Source of the DNA: a virus
Virus record (IMG/VR): IMGVR_UViG_3300037418_004082
DNA: 64,000 nt
Reading direction: 5' to 3' (one strand)
This document shows, one piece after another, positions 43,710-53,401 of this stretch. Position 1 is the first letter of the stretch. Each line of letters begins with the position of its first letter. Below the pieces are notes generated by a model. The model saw nothing but the letters and a program-made list of their open reading frames with translations, made no database searches and was not told the DNA's origin. The position numbers and the translations under genes were made by a program.

Positions 43710-45782
43710 CTACCCCACGTTCGTCATGAACTGGCCCCGGCTCACGCTGGCGTTGATCAGTGTGGAGCGGAACTTGTCGGCCTCGCGGAAGACCCGCAGG
43801 ACCTCTTGCTCCGTCAGGAACTTGACCTTGTCCAAGCGCACCAGGGTGAGGATGCGGCCCAGCTTATCGCCGACCTCGCCCAGCAGGCCGATCAGCTCCT
43901 GGGCGATCTGCATGACCTCGACGTCCGGCAGCTCGTTGGTGGCGAAGCCCATCAGGATGTCGCTGATGTCCGGCAGGCCCTCCACCTCGGGACCGATCGC
44001 CGCCGACGTGTCGATCACCATGCCCGGGTCCTCGCCCTGCTGCGTCATCCCCACGGCGTCCGCGCGGCCGCTGTTGTCGAAGGCGACCTTGAGGCTCATC
44101 AGGTCCATCGCCAGCTTCACGGCACCCGGCGACAACACGCCCGGCTTGCGGTCGAGTGACGGCTCCAACACGCTGGCCTCGAACGTGTCGTACTTGTAGT
44201 TGCTGATGTCGTTCAGGATGGAGAGCGCCTTGTCGGGCGTCATCGCGTAGCGGTGCACGAGGTGCTGCACGAACTGCCCTCGCGTCAACGGGCTGCTGGG
44301 CGCGCCGTGGTGCTCGGAGATGCGCCAGAGGCCACCGCCCTTGAACACCTTCACCTTGACCACGTGACGCTCCGTGTCCTCGCGCGAGTCGGCCAGCGTG
44401 TCGAAGCGGGAGTCCGCGTCGAGCTTGGTGGGGTTGATGGCGAAGACGCTGTAGCCTTCCTTCGGGTAGGCGATCTCGCCGGGGCCCATGCGGTAGACGC
44501 CGCGCTGGTTGCCGAAGGAGATCGTGATGATGGGCGCCGTCTCGTTCGAGACGAGAGGCTTGACCTGCAGGACCGTGGCACCACCCTGGGTGTGGTGCTT
44601 GCCGGCGATGCGGAAGGGCACCGACGCCTCGTTGGTGACGTGGTTGAACAGGAACGCCATCTCGCCAGGCTTCAGCTCCGCGCGGCGGTAGATGTGGCGC
44701 ATCTCGTCGCCGCTGGGCACGGCGGACGGCGCGGCGCGCCAGTGCGTGCCGTGGTCCACCGCGTAGCCGTCCGTGCAGACCGCGAGCTTGTAGCCGCAGG
44801 GCAGGCCGTCCAGGTGGAAGGTGCGGAAGACGCGCGCGGTGGTCTCCTTCTTCAGGCCGGGCAGCGCGATCTCGTACCAGCCCGGGTCCTTCACGCCCAT
44901 CTGCGAGACGGCGTCGAACTTGCGACGGTCGTGCTCCTCGACGGTCAGGTGCGCGCGGCGCAGCGGGCTCGCGTCGGGCGCGGTCGCCATGATCGGGTCG
45001 GCCTTCTTGGCCTCCTTGACCCGGGTATCGAGCACCACGACGTCGTTGCGCAGCAAGGACGCGACGTGCTCCGGCTGGTTCAGCTCGCGCAGCAGGCTCG
45101 CGGCCTTGGGCATCTCCAGCTCCGTGAACTGGTTGTCCACGCCCACCTGCACGGCGCCCGACGGACGGGCCTCCATGGTCACCAGGTGGCCGGCAGCGGC
45201 CGCCTTGACGATGCGAGCGGGGTCGGTGGTCGCCTTGGCCGTGGCGAGCACGTGCTTCATCGTGGTCGCGTAGACGGGGAAGTCGGCGGCCGCGGCCTTC
45301 ATCGCTTCGTCGATCTCCTTCACGCGGGCGTCGTCCATCACCAGGATCTGGCTGGAGAGCTTCACGCGCTCGAACGAACGCATCACGTGCATGGGGCTGC
45401 GGCGGCCACCCTGGCGGTCGCTCGCGAACGGCGGCACCATCTCCAGGAACACGTCCCGGTCGATCGACGCCGGCATCCGCTCGACCACGGTGCCCATGCC
45501 GACGTTGTTGAACACGAACATCAGGTTGGGCTCCGACAGGTAGCAGAAGCGCGGCTCGCCGGCCTGGTGGAAGATGAGCGTGTCGAAGGGCTTCAGCTCG
45601 AACTCGCGCACGACGTACGGCACGACGGCGTTGTTCACCGGCACGACGCCATAGCCGTTGCCTTCCTCGTCCACGCCCAGCTCCTTCGTCTCGACGACGT
45701 AGGGCTCCAGCACGGGAAACTGCTGCAGGAGCGCTTGGATGATATAGGCACCCCACTGGACGGGATTCAAAGGCAGGCGCAT
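43710..45782 (-). CDS. Large K-x-A-enriched protein, putative virion structural protein
   Basis: SD AAGGAG before ATG 45782; 8 K-x-A among 34 Lys; C-terminal LGRILTLVR helix. Confidence 0.75.
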   Translation of the reverse strand: MRLPLNPVQWGAYIIQALLQQFPVLEPYVVETKELGVDEEGNGYGVVPVNNAVVPYVVREFELKPFDTLIFHQAGEPRFCYLSEPNLMFVFNNVGMGTVVERMPASIDRDVFLEMVPPFASDRQGGRRSPMHVMRSFERVKLSSQILVMDDARVKEIDEAMKAAAADFPVYATTMKHVLATAKATTDPARIVKAAAAGHLVTMEARPSGAVQVGVDNQFTELEMPKAASLLRELNQPEHVASLLRNDVVVLDTRVKEAKKADPIMATAPDASPLRRAHLTVEEHDRRKFDAVSQMGVKDPGWYEIALPGLKKETTARVFRTFHLDGLPCGYKLAVCTDGYAVDHGTHWRAAPSAVPSGDEMRHIYRRAELKPGEMAFLFNHVTNEASVPFRIAGKHHTQGGATVLQVKPLVSNETAPIITISFGNQRGVYRMGPGEIAYPKEGYSVFAINPTKLDADSRFDTLADSREDTERHVVKVKVFKGGGLWRISEHHGAPSSPLTRGQFVQHLVHRYAMTPDKALSILNDISNYKYDTFEASVLEPSLDRKPGVLSPGAVKLAMDLMSLKVAFDNSGRADAVGMTQQGEDPGMVIDTSAAIGPEVEGLPDISDILMGFATNELPDVEVMQIAQELIGLLGEVGDKLGRILTLVRLDKVKFLTEQEVLRVFREADKFRSTLINASVSRGQFMTNVG

Positions 45783-45832
45783 GATAATCTCCTTGGCTGG
45801 GTTCAAGCTAATTATCATCCGAAGCAGGTAAC

Positions 45833-47368
45833 ATGCGCGACGGTACGCTCTTCATCCAATTCTTGAGCGACTTCTGGACCACCGTCTGGACCGACCGCAA
45901 ACTGCTCGTGAAGGCGGTTGGCGCCCAAGTGGAGCTGCTCCAACGGCTCTACCTGCAGGCCGTCCGCGTCGCCGCGCCGGACTTCATCGACCAGCTCCCG
46001 ATCTTCCGCGAGGACTTCTGGCACCTGATCACGCTGGCGGAGAGCGCCGCGATCGACGTCGCCAAGACCAAGTACCGCCTCGACGCGCGGTACGAGACCG
46101 TGCCCTTCCTCTACAACAAGGTCTTCAACCCGACCAAGGTCCTGCGCGAAGGCGTGGACTACACCATCACCAAAGACGTGCCCGTCGGCGCGAACGACAG
46201 CACCCAGGTGGCGCCGTCTGTCATCACGTTCACGAGCAACCCCTTCGCCGACGCGACGATGCCCATCGCGGCGTCCGGCACCGACAAGCTGCTCGCCTTC
46301 TTCGCGCCCAAGGTGCTGGTGGACCAGGACGACCTGTACCGCTTGTTCGGCCACCTGGTCAACATCGTGCAGCCCTCCAGCGAGCAGTACCGCCAGCTCA
46401 TCAAGGGCGCGCTCTCGCTCTACGCGCACGGCCCCAAGCTGTTCTTGATGAACGCCGGCCTCAACATGGCCGCGGGCTACCCGGTGAGCCGTGACTTCGA
46501 TCGCGTGACCGGTATCACGAACAACGCCACGCACTACGTGATCCGCACGGAGAAGGGCGTGCGCTACGACATCCCGCTCGTGGCTACCTTGTCCGTGCAG
46601 GTGAACTCCAAGCTGCGGCCCTTCTCGACCTTCATCACCGACATCCGGTTGATGGACCACCACACGGTGCCGGAGTGGTGGAAGGGCGGCCGCGGGAACA
46701 CCAACCCGGAGTTCCGCATCGTCAACTACATCCCGCCAGAGATGGCACCCGAACTTGATGCCGCCATGCGTGACGACCCCGAAGTGATCGACTACCTGTT
46801 CGAGCAGTTCTTCAAGACGCACACGTTCGGCATGCAGGTGAACACGTTGGCCGTCCAGAACTTCGACGCGATCGAGGCGTTCTACAAGCTCGTCTTCGAT
46901 GTGAAGCCCTCACACACGAGCCCCTACATCAACTCGTTCTTCAAGGCGGAGCTGCTGTTCGAGCTGCCGGAGGAGGACCCGGAGGTGCACAGCCTGATCG
47001 AGCTGATGGCCCAGCTCGACACCGGCTCCGACCGCGACGACGCGGACTACTGGAGCTTCCCGCCCGACGTCGTCATGAACTCGGAACTGGTGCTGAACGC
47101 CGACCCCAGCTTCATGACGCAGAGCAACTACGACAGGCCCGCGCTGTCGGCCGACATCGACCTGGACGAGCCGGTGCAGACCGGCGGCGGCCAGTTCACC
47201 TTGGGCGGCCTGACCCGTCTGGGTGGCGGCGGACCGCTCGACAGCATGCGCGAGCACGTCAACATCACGGCGACCATCGAGCTGGAAGACGAAGTGGACA
47301 CGCCGACCGAAGTCGTCGGCATCTTCGTGACGGACGAGGACACGAACGTCACGACACAGGTCGTGTGA
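45833..47368 (+). CDS. Baseplate wedge-like protein (gp7/gpI-type)
   Basis: FLSDFW N-terminus, SSEQYRQLIKGALSLYAHGP...GLNMAAGYP; divergent from the structural operon. Confidence 0.55.
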   Translation: MRDGTLFIQFLSDFWTTVWTDRKLLVKAVGAQVELLQRLYLQAVRVAAPDFIDQLPIFREDFWHLITLAESAAIDVAKTKYRLDARYETVPFLYNKVFNPTKVLREGVDYTITKDVPVGANDSTQVAPSVITFTSNPFADATMPIAASGTDKLLAFFAPKVLVDQDDLYRLFGHLVNIVQPSSEQYRQLIKGALSLYAHGPKLFLMNAGLNMAAGYPVSRDFDRVTGITNNATHYVIRTEKGVRYDIPLVATLSVQVNSKLRPFSTFITDIRLMDHHTVPEWWKGGRGNTNPEFRIVNYIPPEMAPELDAAMRDDPEVIDYLFEQFFKTHTFGMQVNTLAVQNFDAIEAFYKLVFDVKPSHTSPYINSFFKAELLFELPEEDPEVHSLIELMAQLDTGSDRDDADYWSFPPDVVMNSELVLNADPSFMTQSNYDRPALSADIDLDEPVQTGGGQFTLGGLTRLGGGGPLDSMREHVNITATIELEDEVDTPTEVVGIFVTDEDTNVTTQVV

Positions 47369-47369
47369 C

Positions 47370-48035
47370 GTGGCGGACCTGCTGCAGAGCAAGGAGCTAC
47401 GCCCCTTCCTCGACGACATCGGGGCGGGTGCGAACGCGTCCACGGTGGCACCGAACCACGTCTACCGCGAGACCCTTCGCCTGCTACGCCTGCGCCAGTA
47501 CCCGCCGGCCGAAGTCACCACGTGGCGCAACAACAACCAGGCCATCGAAGCGCTGATCGGCGCCATGCTCGCGCCCGCGCCGCCGCTCACCCCAGACACG
47601 TCGGTGACGGGCAACATCGGACCCACGGCCGCGGACCGGGCGGCAGCGTTCCTGCGCGGCACGCCCCAAGGCCCGCGCGAGATGATCCTGCTCAAGGGCA
47701 TGGGCCTGGGCGGCGCCGACGTGGTGGCGAGCCTGCAGTTCGGCCCCAAGGTGCGCGCGTGCGTATTGGCAGCTCGCGCCGCCGGCCACAAGCTCGTCAT
47801 CAACAACTGCTACCGCGACTACGACCCGAAGCAGAGCAACGCCGCCCAGGGTGGCACCTCGAACCATCGCTACGGCAACGCGGTGGACTTCGACATCGCG
47901 AACTCCGGCATCGCCGCGATCGACTGGGTTCACGCCAACAAGAACAAGTTCGGGCTCAAGAACGAGCTGTGGAACCGCACGCAGCCCAAGGACTACACGC
48001 TGGAGTACAACCACTTCTCGATCGACGGACACTAG
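47370..48035 (+). CDS. M15-family Zn peptidoglycan peptidase with an N-terminal shared module
   Basis: CYRD...SNHRYGNAVD (SxHxxxxAxD) and EYNH (ExxH). Confidence 0.85.
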   Translation: MADLLQSKELRPFLDDIGAGANASTVAPNHVYRETLRLLRLRQYPPAEVTTWRNNNQAIEALIGAMLAPAPPLTPDTSVTGNIGPTAADRAAAFLRGTPQGPREMILLKGMGLGGADVVASLQFGPKVRACVLAARAAGHKLVINNCYRDYDPKQSNAAQGGTSNHRYGNAVDFDIANSGIAAIDWVHANKNKFGLKNELWNRTQPKDYTLEYNHFSIDGH

Positions 48036-48038
48036 CCC

Positions 48039-48833
48039 ATGCCACGCCCCGAAGCCGACCCTGCTCTCAAGCCCTTCCTGCAGGACATTGGCGTCCTCGA
48101 CGCCAACACCAAGGGCTCGAACCACGTCTACACGGCCACGATCGCCACGCTGCGCAAGCGGGCCTACGAGGCGCGCGGCAAGTGGGAGCAAGACAACAGC
48201 GCGATCACCGCGATCGTCGGTGCCATGCTTGCCCCGCCTGCACCACTGCCGTCCACGTCGAGTGTCCCCATCGACTCCGCCTCGTTGAGCGGCTTGTTGA
48301 ACACGTCAATCGAAGACTTTAACAAGAACATCGCTGGCCGTTTCGAGCCGTACGTCAAGTTCTTTGCGCCAGGTTGTCGTTATATCCAGCAGAAGTATGG
48401 CGTGCCCGGCGTGTTCGTCATCATCGCTGGCGAGCTGGAAAACTCGTTGGGCAATCCGGCCGTGATGTTGGGACGTAACATGTTCAACATCGAAGCGACG
48501 GGCTGGCACGGTAAGACCGTCACGTACTACCAGAAGGACGGTGCGGGTGTGAAGCACGCACGTAAGTTCCGCGATTACGACAGTTACTTCCAAGCGGTGG
48601 ACGACTTCGGCAAGCTGCTCGCGAGCAACGCCGGCAACGGGCGTGATACCTACGCGGCGGCCCTGGCCCGCTACAAGCGGGACAAGGACCTAAGCAAGTA
48701 CCTGCTGGCCGCCCGCCTGATCTACGCACCGCCCACGGAGACGCTGGGCGGCGGCAACTCCGCCAACCCGCTGCCGGACATGCTCAAGGTAGTCGCCCGG
48801 GTACGCGCGATCGACCCGTCGATTGTCCCCTAG
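48039..48833 (+). CDS. GH73-like glucosaminidase/muramidase with an N-terminal shared module
   Basis: IIAGELENSLG...RNMFNIEA...RKFRDYDSYFQAVDDFGKLL. Confidence 0.8.
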   Translation: MPRPEADPALKPFLQDIGVLDANTKGSNHVYTATIATLRKRAYEARGKWEQDNSAITAIVGAMLAPPAPLPSTSSVPIDSASLSGLLNTSIEDFNKNIAGRFEPYVKFFAPGCRYIQQKYGVPGVFVIIAGELENSLGNPAVMLGRNMFNIEATGWHGKTVTYYQKDGAGVKHARKFRDYDSYFQAVDDFGKLLASNAGNGRDTYAAALARYKRDKDLSKYLLAARLIYAPPTETLGGGNSANPLPDMLKVVARVRAIDPSIVP

Positions 48834-49162
48834 CGCAGCTCCGCGAACAGGTTGCCGCGCCAGGGCGGCGGACCGTCGCCCAGCTTGTGCAGCTTGCGCG
48901 TGCGGTACTCCTCGACCGTCATCAGGACTTGGGCTCGCTCAAGCGTGATGTGCCGTTCCTTCACGCGCACCGCCATGATGGCGTAGTCGGCCGCCAGGTG
49001 CCACCATCCGCTGGGCCGCTTGTCGTCGCACTGGCCTTCGCGGTACGTGTCCCACACGGCCTTCTGCAGCACCTTGGGCACGGCACGCCAGTGCATCCCG
49101 CACATCAGGTGCGTCGGTGGGCACGAGCGCGTGCAGTCGTAGGCGTGGCAGGTATGCTTCAC
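48830..49162 (-). CDS. Small Cys/His zinc-binding phage protein
   Basis: HTCHAYDC...LMCGMHW...VWDTYREGQ; GTGA overlap with UvrD. Confidence 0.75.
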   Translation of the reverse strand: MKHTCHAYDCTRSCPPTHLMCGMHWRAVPKVLQKAVWDTYREGQCDDKRPSGWWHLAADYAIMAVRVKERHITLERAQVLMTVEEYRTRKLHKLGDGPPPWRGNLFAELR

Positions 49163-50673
49163 GACACGTCCTTCTTCTCGTCCTTCGACGGCGGCTCGAC
49201 GAAGTAGTAGAACTGCTTCGAGCGCGTCAAGGCGACGTACATCAGGTTCTCCTCCTGGTCCCGCTCCCACGCCGACGTGGCCTTGGGGTGGGGGATCAAG
49301 TCGGGCCGCAGCAGGAACACGCACTCCGCCTCCAAGCCCTTGGCCCGGTGGATGCTGGAGAGGACCACCTGGTTGCCCTTCTCCTCCGTGAGCCCCTTGA
49401 TGACGCCCTTGATGGCCGACGCGTCGTAGATCTTGCGCGAGCGCGCGATCGACAGCACGACCTCCACCTGGTCCTCGACTTCCGCGAGCATGGTCTCCGC
49501 GTTGAGGTACTCCTTCAGCTCGTCGTACCGCTTCTTCACGAACGCCTTGCAGCCGGCGAGCAGTGCGTCGTACGTCTTGCCCTTGTACTTGGTCTCCGTC
49601 TCCACGTAGTGGAGGATGGTGCTGAACTCCTTGAGGATGTCCTTGCCCTGGATGCGCGCGGGGATGCCGCGGTCGATCAGCTCCAGGCAGAGCGCGTACA
49701 GCGGCGCGTTCACACGGCAGAGGATCAGGTCGTCGGGCTCGACCTCGTGGAAGATGTCCTCGTGCGGGATGTGGAAGATCTCGCCGTCGTCCGCGCCGGG
49801 CGCCGCTTCGATCTGGGGCACGTACTGCTTCGCCAGCGCGACGTGCTTCTTCGGGCAGCGGTAGGTGACGGAGAGCGGCAGCTCCGTGATGCCCGGCAGC
49901 GCACGCAGGGCCTCCACGGAGGCGGTGTCGGCACCGGTGAAGCCGTAGATGGCCTGGGCCGGGTCCAGCACGAAGAAGATGCGGCCGCCGGGCTTGAGGC
50001 TCTTGAGCAGCAGCTCGCGCTGGGCGCGGCTCAAGTCCTGGGCCTCGTCCACGAAGATGTAGTCGTACTGGGGCACGGCCATCGGCGCGACGTTGGGGAG
50101 CCAGAGCATGTCGTCGAACGTGATCCGCCCGGTCTCGAACGCCATGCGGTAGCCGATGTCCATCGCTTCGGCTGCCCACTCGAAGACCTCCGGGTACTTC
50201 GTCGAGAGACCGTAGTGCTCCGCGAGCAGCTTCATCGCGTCCTTGTCACGAGGGTTCGTCAGCGTGACCTGCGCATAGTGCACGTAGTCAAGCGTCAGGT
50301 TGCGCATGTAGTATTTCGAGTGAGTGATGCCCTTGCGCCAGTTCTTCACGACGATCTGCTCGCAAATGTCGTGGTACTTGTACTGGAAGTCGTTCCGCTG
50401 CATGTGCGGGATGACTTGCTCGATGGCGTTCATACCCAGCTTGTGGTTCGTGAACACGTCCACGTACAAGGGCAGACGCGAGCGCAGCACGCCAGCGATC
50501 GAGTTGTTGAACGCGGAGAACAGGACCTTCAAGTGCGTCGGCACGAGCGCCATCGCGTTCACGAACGTGGTCGTCTTGCCGGAGCCGGCGACCGCGGAGA
50601 TGAAGGCGTGCCCGTCGCCGTGCGCGACGAAGTCGTAGATGTCCTGCTGGAACCGCGAAGGCGCGACGACCAC
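49159..50673 (-). CDS. uvrD: UvrD/Rep superfamily 1 helicase
   Basis: AVAGSGKTT, IFVDEAQD, D-x-x-QAIYGFTGA, LSVTYRC, SIHRAKGLE, NLMYVALTR. Confidence 0.95.
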   Translation of the reverse strand: MVVAPSRFQQDIYDFVAHGDGHAFISAVAGSGKTTTFVNAMALVPTHLKVLFSAFNNSIAGVLRSRLPLYVDVFTNHKLGMNAIEQVIPHMQRNDFQYKYHDICEQIVVKNWRKGITHSKYYMRNLTLDYVHYAQVTLTNPRDKDAMKLLAEHYGLSTKYPEVFEWAAEAMDIGYRMAFETGRITFDDMLWLPNVAPMAVPQYDYIFVDEAQDLSRAQRELLLKSLKPGGRIFFVLDPAQAIYGFTGADTASVEALRALPGITELPLSVTYRCPKKHVALAKQYVPQIEAAPGADDGEIFHIPHEDIFHEVEPDDLILCRVNAPLYALCLELIDRGIPARIQGKDILKEFSTILHYVETETKYKGKTYDALLAGCKAFVKKRYDELKEYLNAETMLAEVEDQVEVVLSIARSRKIYDASAIKGVIKGLTEEKGNQVVLSSIHRAKGLEAECVFLLRPDLIPHPKATSAWERDQEENLMYVALTRSKQFYYFVEPPSKDEKKDVS

Positions 50674-50676
50674 GCG

Positions 50677-51390
50677 TTAGAACCTCAATCCCGCGCCCGC
50701 GTACCAGCCCGCCCCGTTGTCGAGGTTCACGTCGCCGCCGACCTGCACGAAGTACGGTCCGCCGACGGCCGCACCCAGGCCCAGGGCCCGGTGGTTGAGG
50801 ACGGCGTCCACGCTCATCTCGATGTCGCCCGCTCCTTCCGGCACGAGCTGCCAGGTGACGAGGGGCTTGAGGGGCTGTCCGCGCAGGAGCTGCACGTCGA
50901 GCGCCATGCCGGCAGGCACGTAGCCCAGCAGCACGCCCAGGCGGCTGTGGTTGATGCCGTGCGGGTCCACGGTGGGGATGGTGAGGGGAACGGTCTCGTG
51001 CCGCTGCTCCGGGGTGACCGGAACGGGCGTGGGGGTGATGACGACGATGGGGACGGAGGCGCCCGCGTCCTGGTGCATGGTGATGTCGATCACCTCGTCC
51101 TGGTCGGGCGTCGGGCCGACGAGCGTGGGGTCCGTGGAGGCGCCCAGGCTGGAGGCGGGGCGAGCAGGCCGGCGAATGACGACGTGCACGTCCTGCGACG
51201 CTCGCACGACGGCCACGGGCCCCGGGGTGGGCGTGGCGTCAGGCGACGGCGTGGGGGAAGCCACCGCCGCCCCTTGCTTCGGAGCGAGTGCGGTCGGAGC
51301 AGGGGTCGGTCGATGAGGCGTGCAGTACGTCAGGCCAACACCCGCGGCGAGAACGGTCGCGACGGCGACTGCGATGATGCGCATGTCCAT
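50677..51390 (-). CDS. Membrane-anchored protein: N-terminal TM, Pro/Thr linker, C-terminal beta strands ending in Phe; spanin-like candidate
   Basis: IIAVAVATVLAAGVGLTYC; C-terminus WYAGAGLRF. Confidence 0.6.
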   Translation of the reverse strand: MDMRIIAVAVATVLAAGVGLTYCTPHRPTPAPTALAPKQGAAVASPTPSPDATPTPGPVAVVRASQDVHVVIRRPARPASSLGASTDPTLVGPTPDQDEVIDITMHQDAGASVPIVVITPTPVPVTPEQRHETVPLTIPTVDPHGINHSRLGVLLGYVPAGMALDVQLLRGQPLKPLVTWQLVPEGAGDIEMSVDAVLNHRALGLGAAVGGPYFVQVGGDVNLDNGAGWYAGAGLRF

Positions 51391-51391
51391 C

Positions 51392-52003
51392 TTAGCGACC
51401 CAGCGCGGCGTAACGCGCGCGGCACGTGTCCACCATCTTGCGCAGGCACGCGGCGGTGGCGCGCACGTCATTCAGCGCGTCGTGCGCCGCCTCCTTCGAC
51501 AGCTCGATGCCCAGGTACTGGCAGAGCATCTCCAGCTTGACCTTCTGCACCTGGTTGTTGGCGAACTTCATGTCGAAGAGCGCGTAGCTCATGGTGTCCA
51601 TCACGTGGTAGTCGAGCGGCAGCTTGTGCTTGATGCCCAGCCAGCGCTTCACTTCACGGCGCAAGATCGGCATGTCGTAGCCGGCGGCGTTATGGCCCGC
51701 GGGCGTCAGGTAGTTGCCGTGCTTGCGGATGAACGCGTCCAGCTCCTGGTAGACCTGCAGCGGCGGCTTGCCGGCGTTCATGAACCACTCGTAGCTGCGG
51801 CCCTTCTGCTCGTGCATCTGCATGGCGTAGGGCTCGACGTGCGCGTAGGAGGGGATCTTCAAGAACTCGTGGAAGCAGTCGATCTCCGGGAAGCCCGGCT
51901 GGCGGGCGTCGAGGATGATGCCGGCGATCTGCACGGGCACGATGGCCTCGCCCATCTCGCCCAACCCGGTGGTTTCCAGGTCGAACACGAAGATCTTGTG
52001 CAT
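51392..52003 (-). CDS. DEDDh 3'-5' exonuclease (DnaQ-like)
   Basis: FDLETTG, AGHNAAGYD, AHDALND. Confidence 0.93.
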   Translation of the reverse strand: MHKIFVFDLETTGLGEMGEAIVPVQIAGIILDARQPGFPEIDCFHEFLKIPSYAHVEPYAMQMHEQKGRSYEWFMNAGKPPLQVYQELDAFIRKHGNYLTPAGHNAAGYDMPILRREVKRWLGIKHKLPLDYHVMDTMSYALFDMKFANNQVQKVKLEMLCQYLGIELSKEAAHDALNDVRATAACLRKMVDTCRARYAALGR

Positions 52004-52013
52004 GGAGTTCTCC

Positions 52014-52607
52014 TTAGAACGCGAAGGTGATGCGTTTCAGCTTCGGCAGGAGTTCCGCGACGCGCTCGTCGGGACCGTCAGCCGTCACCGTGTGGATGCG
52101 AACGTGAGGGGCGCGCTCCCGCACCAGGGGGAGCAACTTGTCGGTGAAGAACTCCTCGATTATAGCTTGAAAACCCGCGCTCGTGTGCCTCACACCGTCA
52201 TTTTCCGGCCCGAACATCACGGGCACGTAGACCAGGTCGGTGTAGCGGTGGATGCGCTGCTGCAGCAGGTTCGCGTACAGCAAGAGCAGCTCGCCGTACT
52301 GCTCGTGGAACTTGTAGATGAGACCCGGGGGCGGGTTGTGGGCGTAGGCCGTGTAACAGAGCATCGAGCAATCGCTGACGAAGCCGCTGACCTCGTGCTG
52401 GACCTCCTCCACGAAGTGGTACTCCAGGGCCTTGCGCTGGAACTCGCAGAAGTCGGGCAAGGCCAAGTTGCCGGGGGTGACGCCCATCTGGCGGGCGACG
52501 ATGCGCGCCGGCTCCTCGATCAGAGGTTTGTCGAGCACCAGCGCGAGGCGCGCGGCCAGGGTGGTCTTGCCGGTGCTGAACGCGCCGCACACGCCGATTC
52601 GGCTCAT
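52014..52607 (-). CDS. P-loop nucleotide kinase-like protein (AAA_28/NadR type)
   Basis: RIGVCGAFSTGKTTL, IEEPAR, VSDCSMLC. Confidence 0.8.
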   Translation of the reverse strand: MSRIGVCGAFSTGKTTLAARLALVLDKPLIEEPARIVARQMGVTPGNLALPDFCEFQRKALEYHFVEEVQHEVSGFVSDCSMLCYTAYAHNPPPGLIYKFHEQYGELLLLYANLLQQRIHRYTDLVYVPVMFGPENDGVRHTSAGFQAIIEEFFTDKLLPLVRERAPHVRIHTVTADGPDERVAELLPKLKRITFAF

Positions 52608-52630
52608 GTTGTCGTCTCCGCAGATGATCA

Positions 52631-53401
52631 TCAGGATGCTCCCTTCCTAATGATATTCTCCTCTGCGAGTTCTCCCGTCATGTCTTGGCGTTGGCCTTCA
52701 ACGGCACGTGCTTCGTAGTCGGTGATGCCGCGCGTCACGTAAGGGTGTGGTGCACCCACCAGGTGAAGCCCCATCACCGCGAGCAGGAACGCGTCCGCTT
52801 CGTCGTTGCGCCAGTGGCTCGCGTTCGTGCCCCAGTTGTCGGGCATCGGCTTTCCCGGCGTGACGACGGCCGGGTACACGGTGTCGGGAACGGGCTCCGG
52901 GTTGGGGTTCTTCTTGGTGGGCTTGGGTTGACGATGTTGCACGACGCGCTCTGGCTTGATCTTCGGCGCCCAGCCCGACCAGTCCGTACGCAGGAACGAC
53001 ACGTCATAGCGGCGCTGCACGTGCTGACCTACCATCACCTTGTCGGCATTGCCGTTGCCGGTGCCGAAGATCTTCAAGCGGCTGATGGGCACCACCGCGT
53101 ACGGGATGCCCGACAGGTGGATCGCGTAACGCAACACCGCCCACATCTCGATGAGCGCGGTGTTGGCCCCCACGATGCTGCCGTAGCCCTCCACCACGAT
53201 GGTGACCACCCGCTTGCCCTCCGCGGCGAGCGCGGAGAGCACGTTCAGGAACTTGTGATGGATGTCCTGGACCCGCAGCATCCCGGTCACCCCGGGGGCG
53301 GGCGTCAAGGTCGTGGTGGCGATCGGGCCGCCCTCCACGTCCGCGACGGCAAGACCCGTCGAGTTGACCGAGATGTCGAGGCCCAGGATGACGTCAGGCA
53401 T
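52631..53401 (-). CDS. RuvC-like Holliday junction resolvase with a Pro/Lys-rich insertion
   Basis: ILGLDIS...STG, IVVEG, LKIFGTGNGNADK, NDEADAFLLAVMG. Confidence 0.88.
   Translation of the reverse strand: MPDVILGLDISVNSTGLAVADVEGGPIATTTLTPAPGVTGMLRVQDIHHKFLNVLSALAAEGKRVVTIVVEGYGSIVGANTALIEMWAVLRYAIHLSGIPYAVVPISRLKIFGTGNGNADKVMVGQHVQRRYDVSFLRTDWSGWAPKIKPERVVQHRQPKPTKKNPNPEPVPDTVYPAVVTPGKPMPDNWGTNASHWRNDEADAFLLAVMGLHLVGAPHPYVTRGITDYEARAVEGQRQDMTGELAEENIIRKGAS

Noticed and set aside
50860-51310. Pro/Thr-rich and Ala/Pro-rich repeats (also 54780-54960 and 55370-55500) as DNA tandem repeats
   Set aside because: Low-complexity protein linkers with no fixed nucleotide repeat unit.
52159-52164. 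Perfect TATAAT on the minus strand inside the AAA_28 gene, upstream of DnaQ
   Set aside because: No acceptable -35 or TGn; possible but not supportable as a promoter call.
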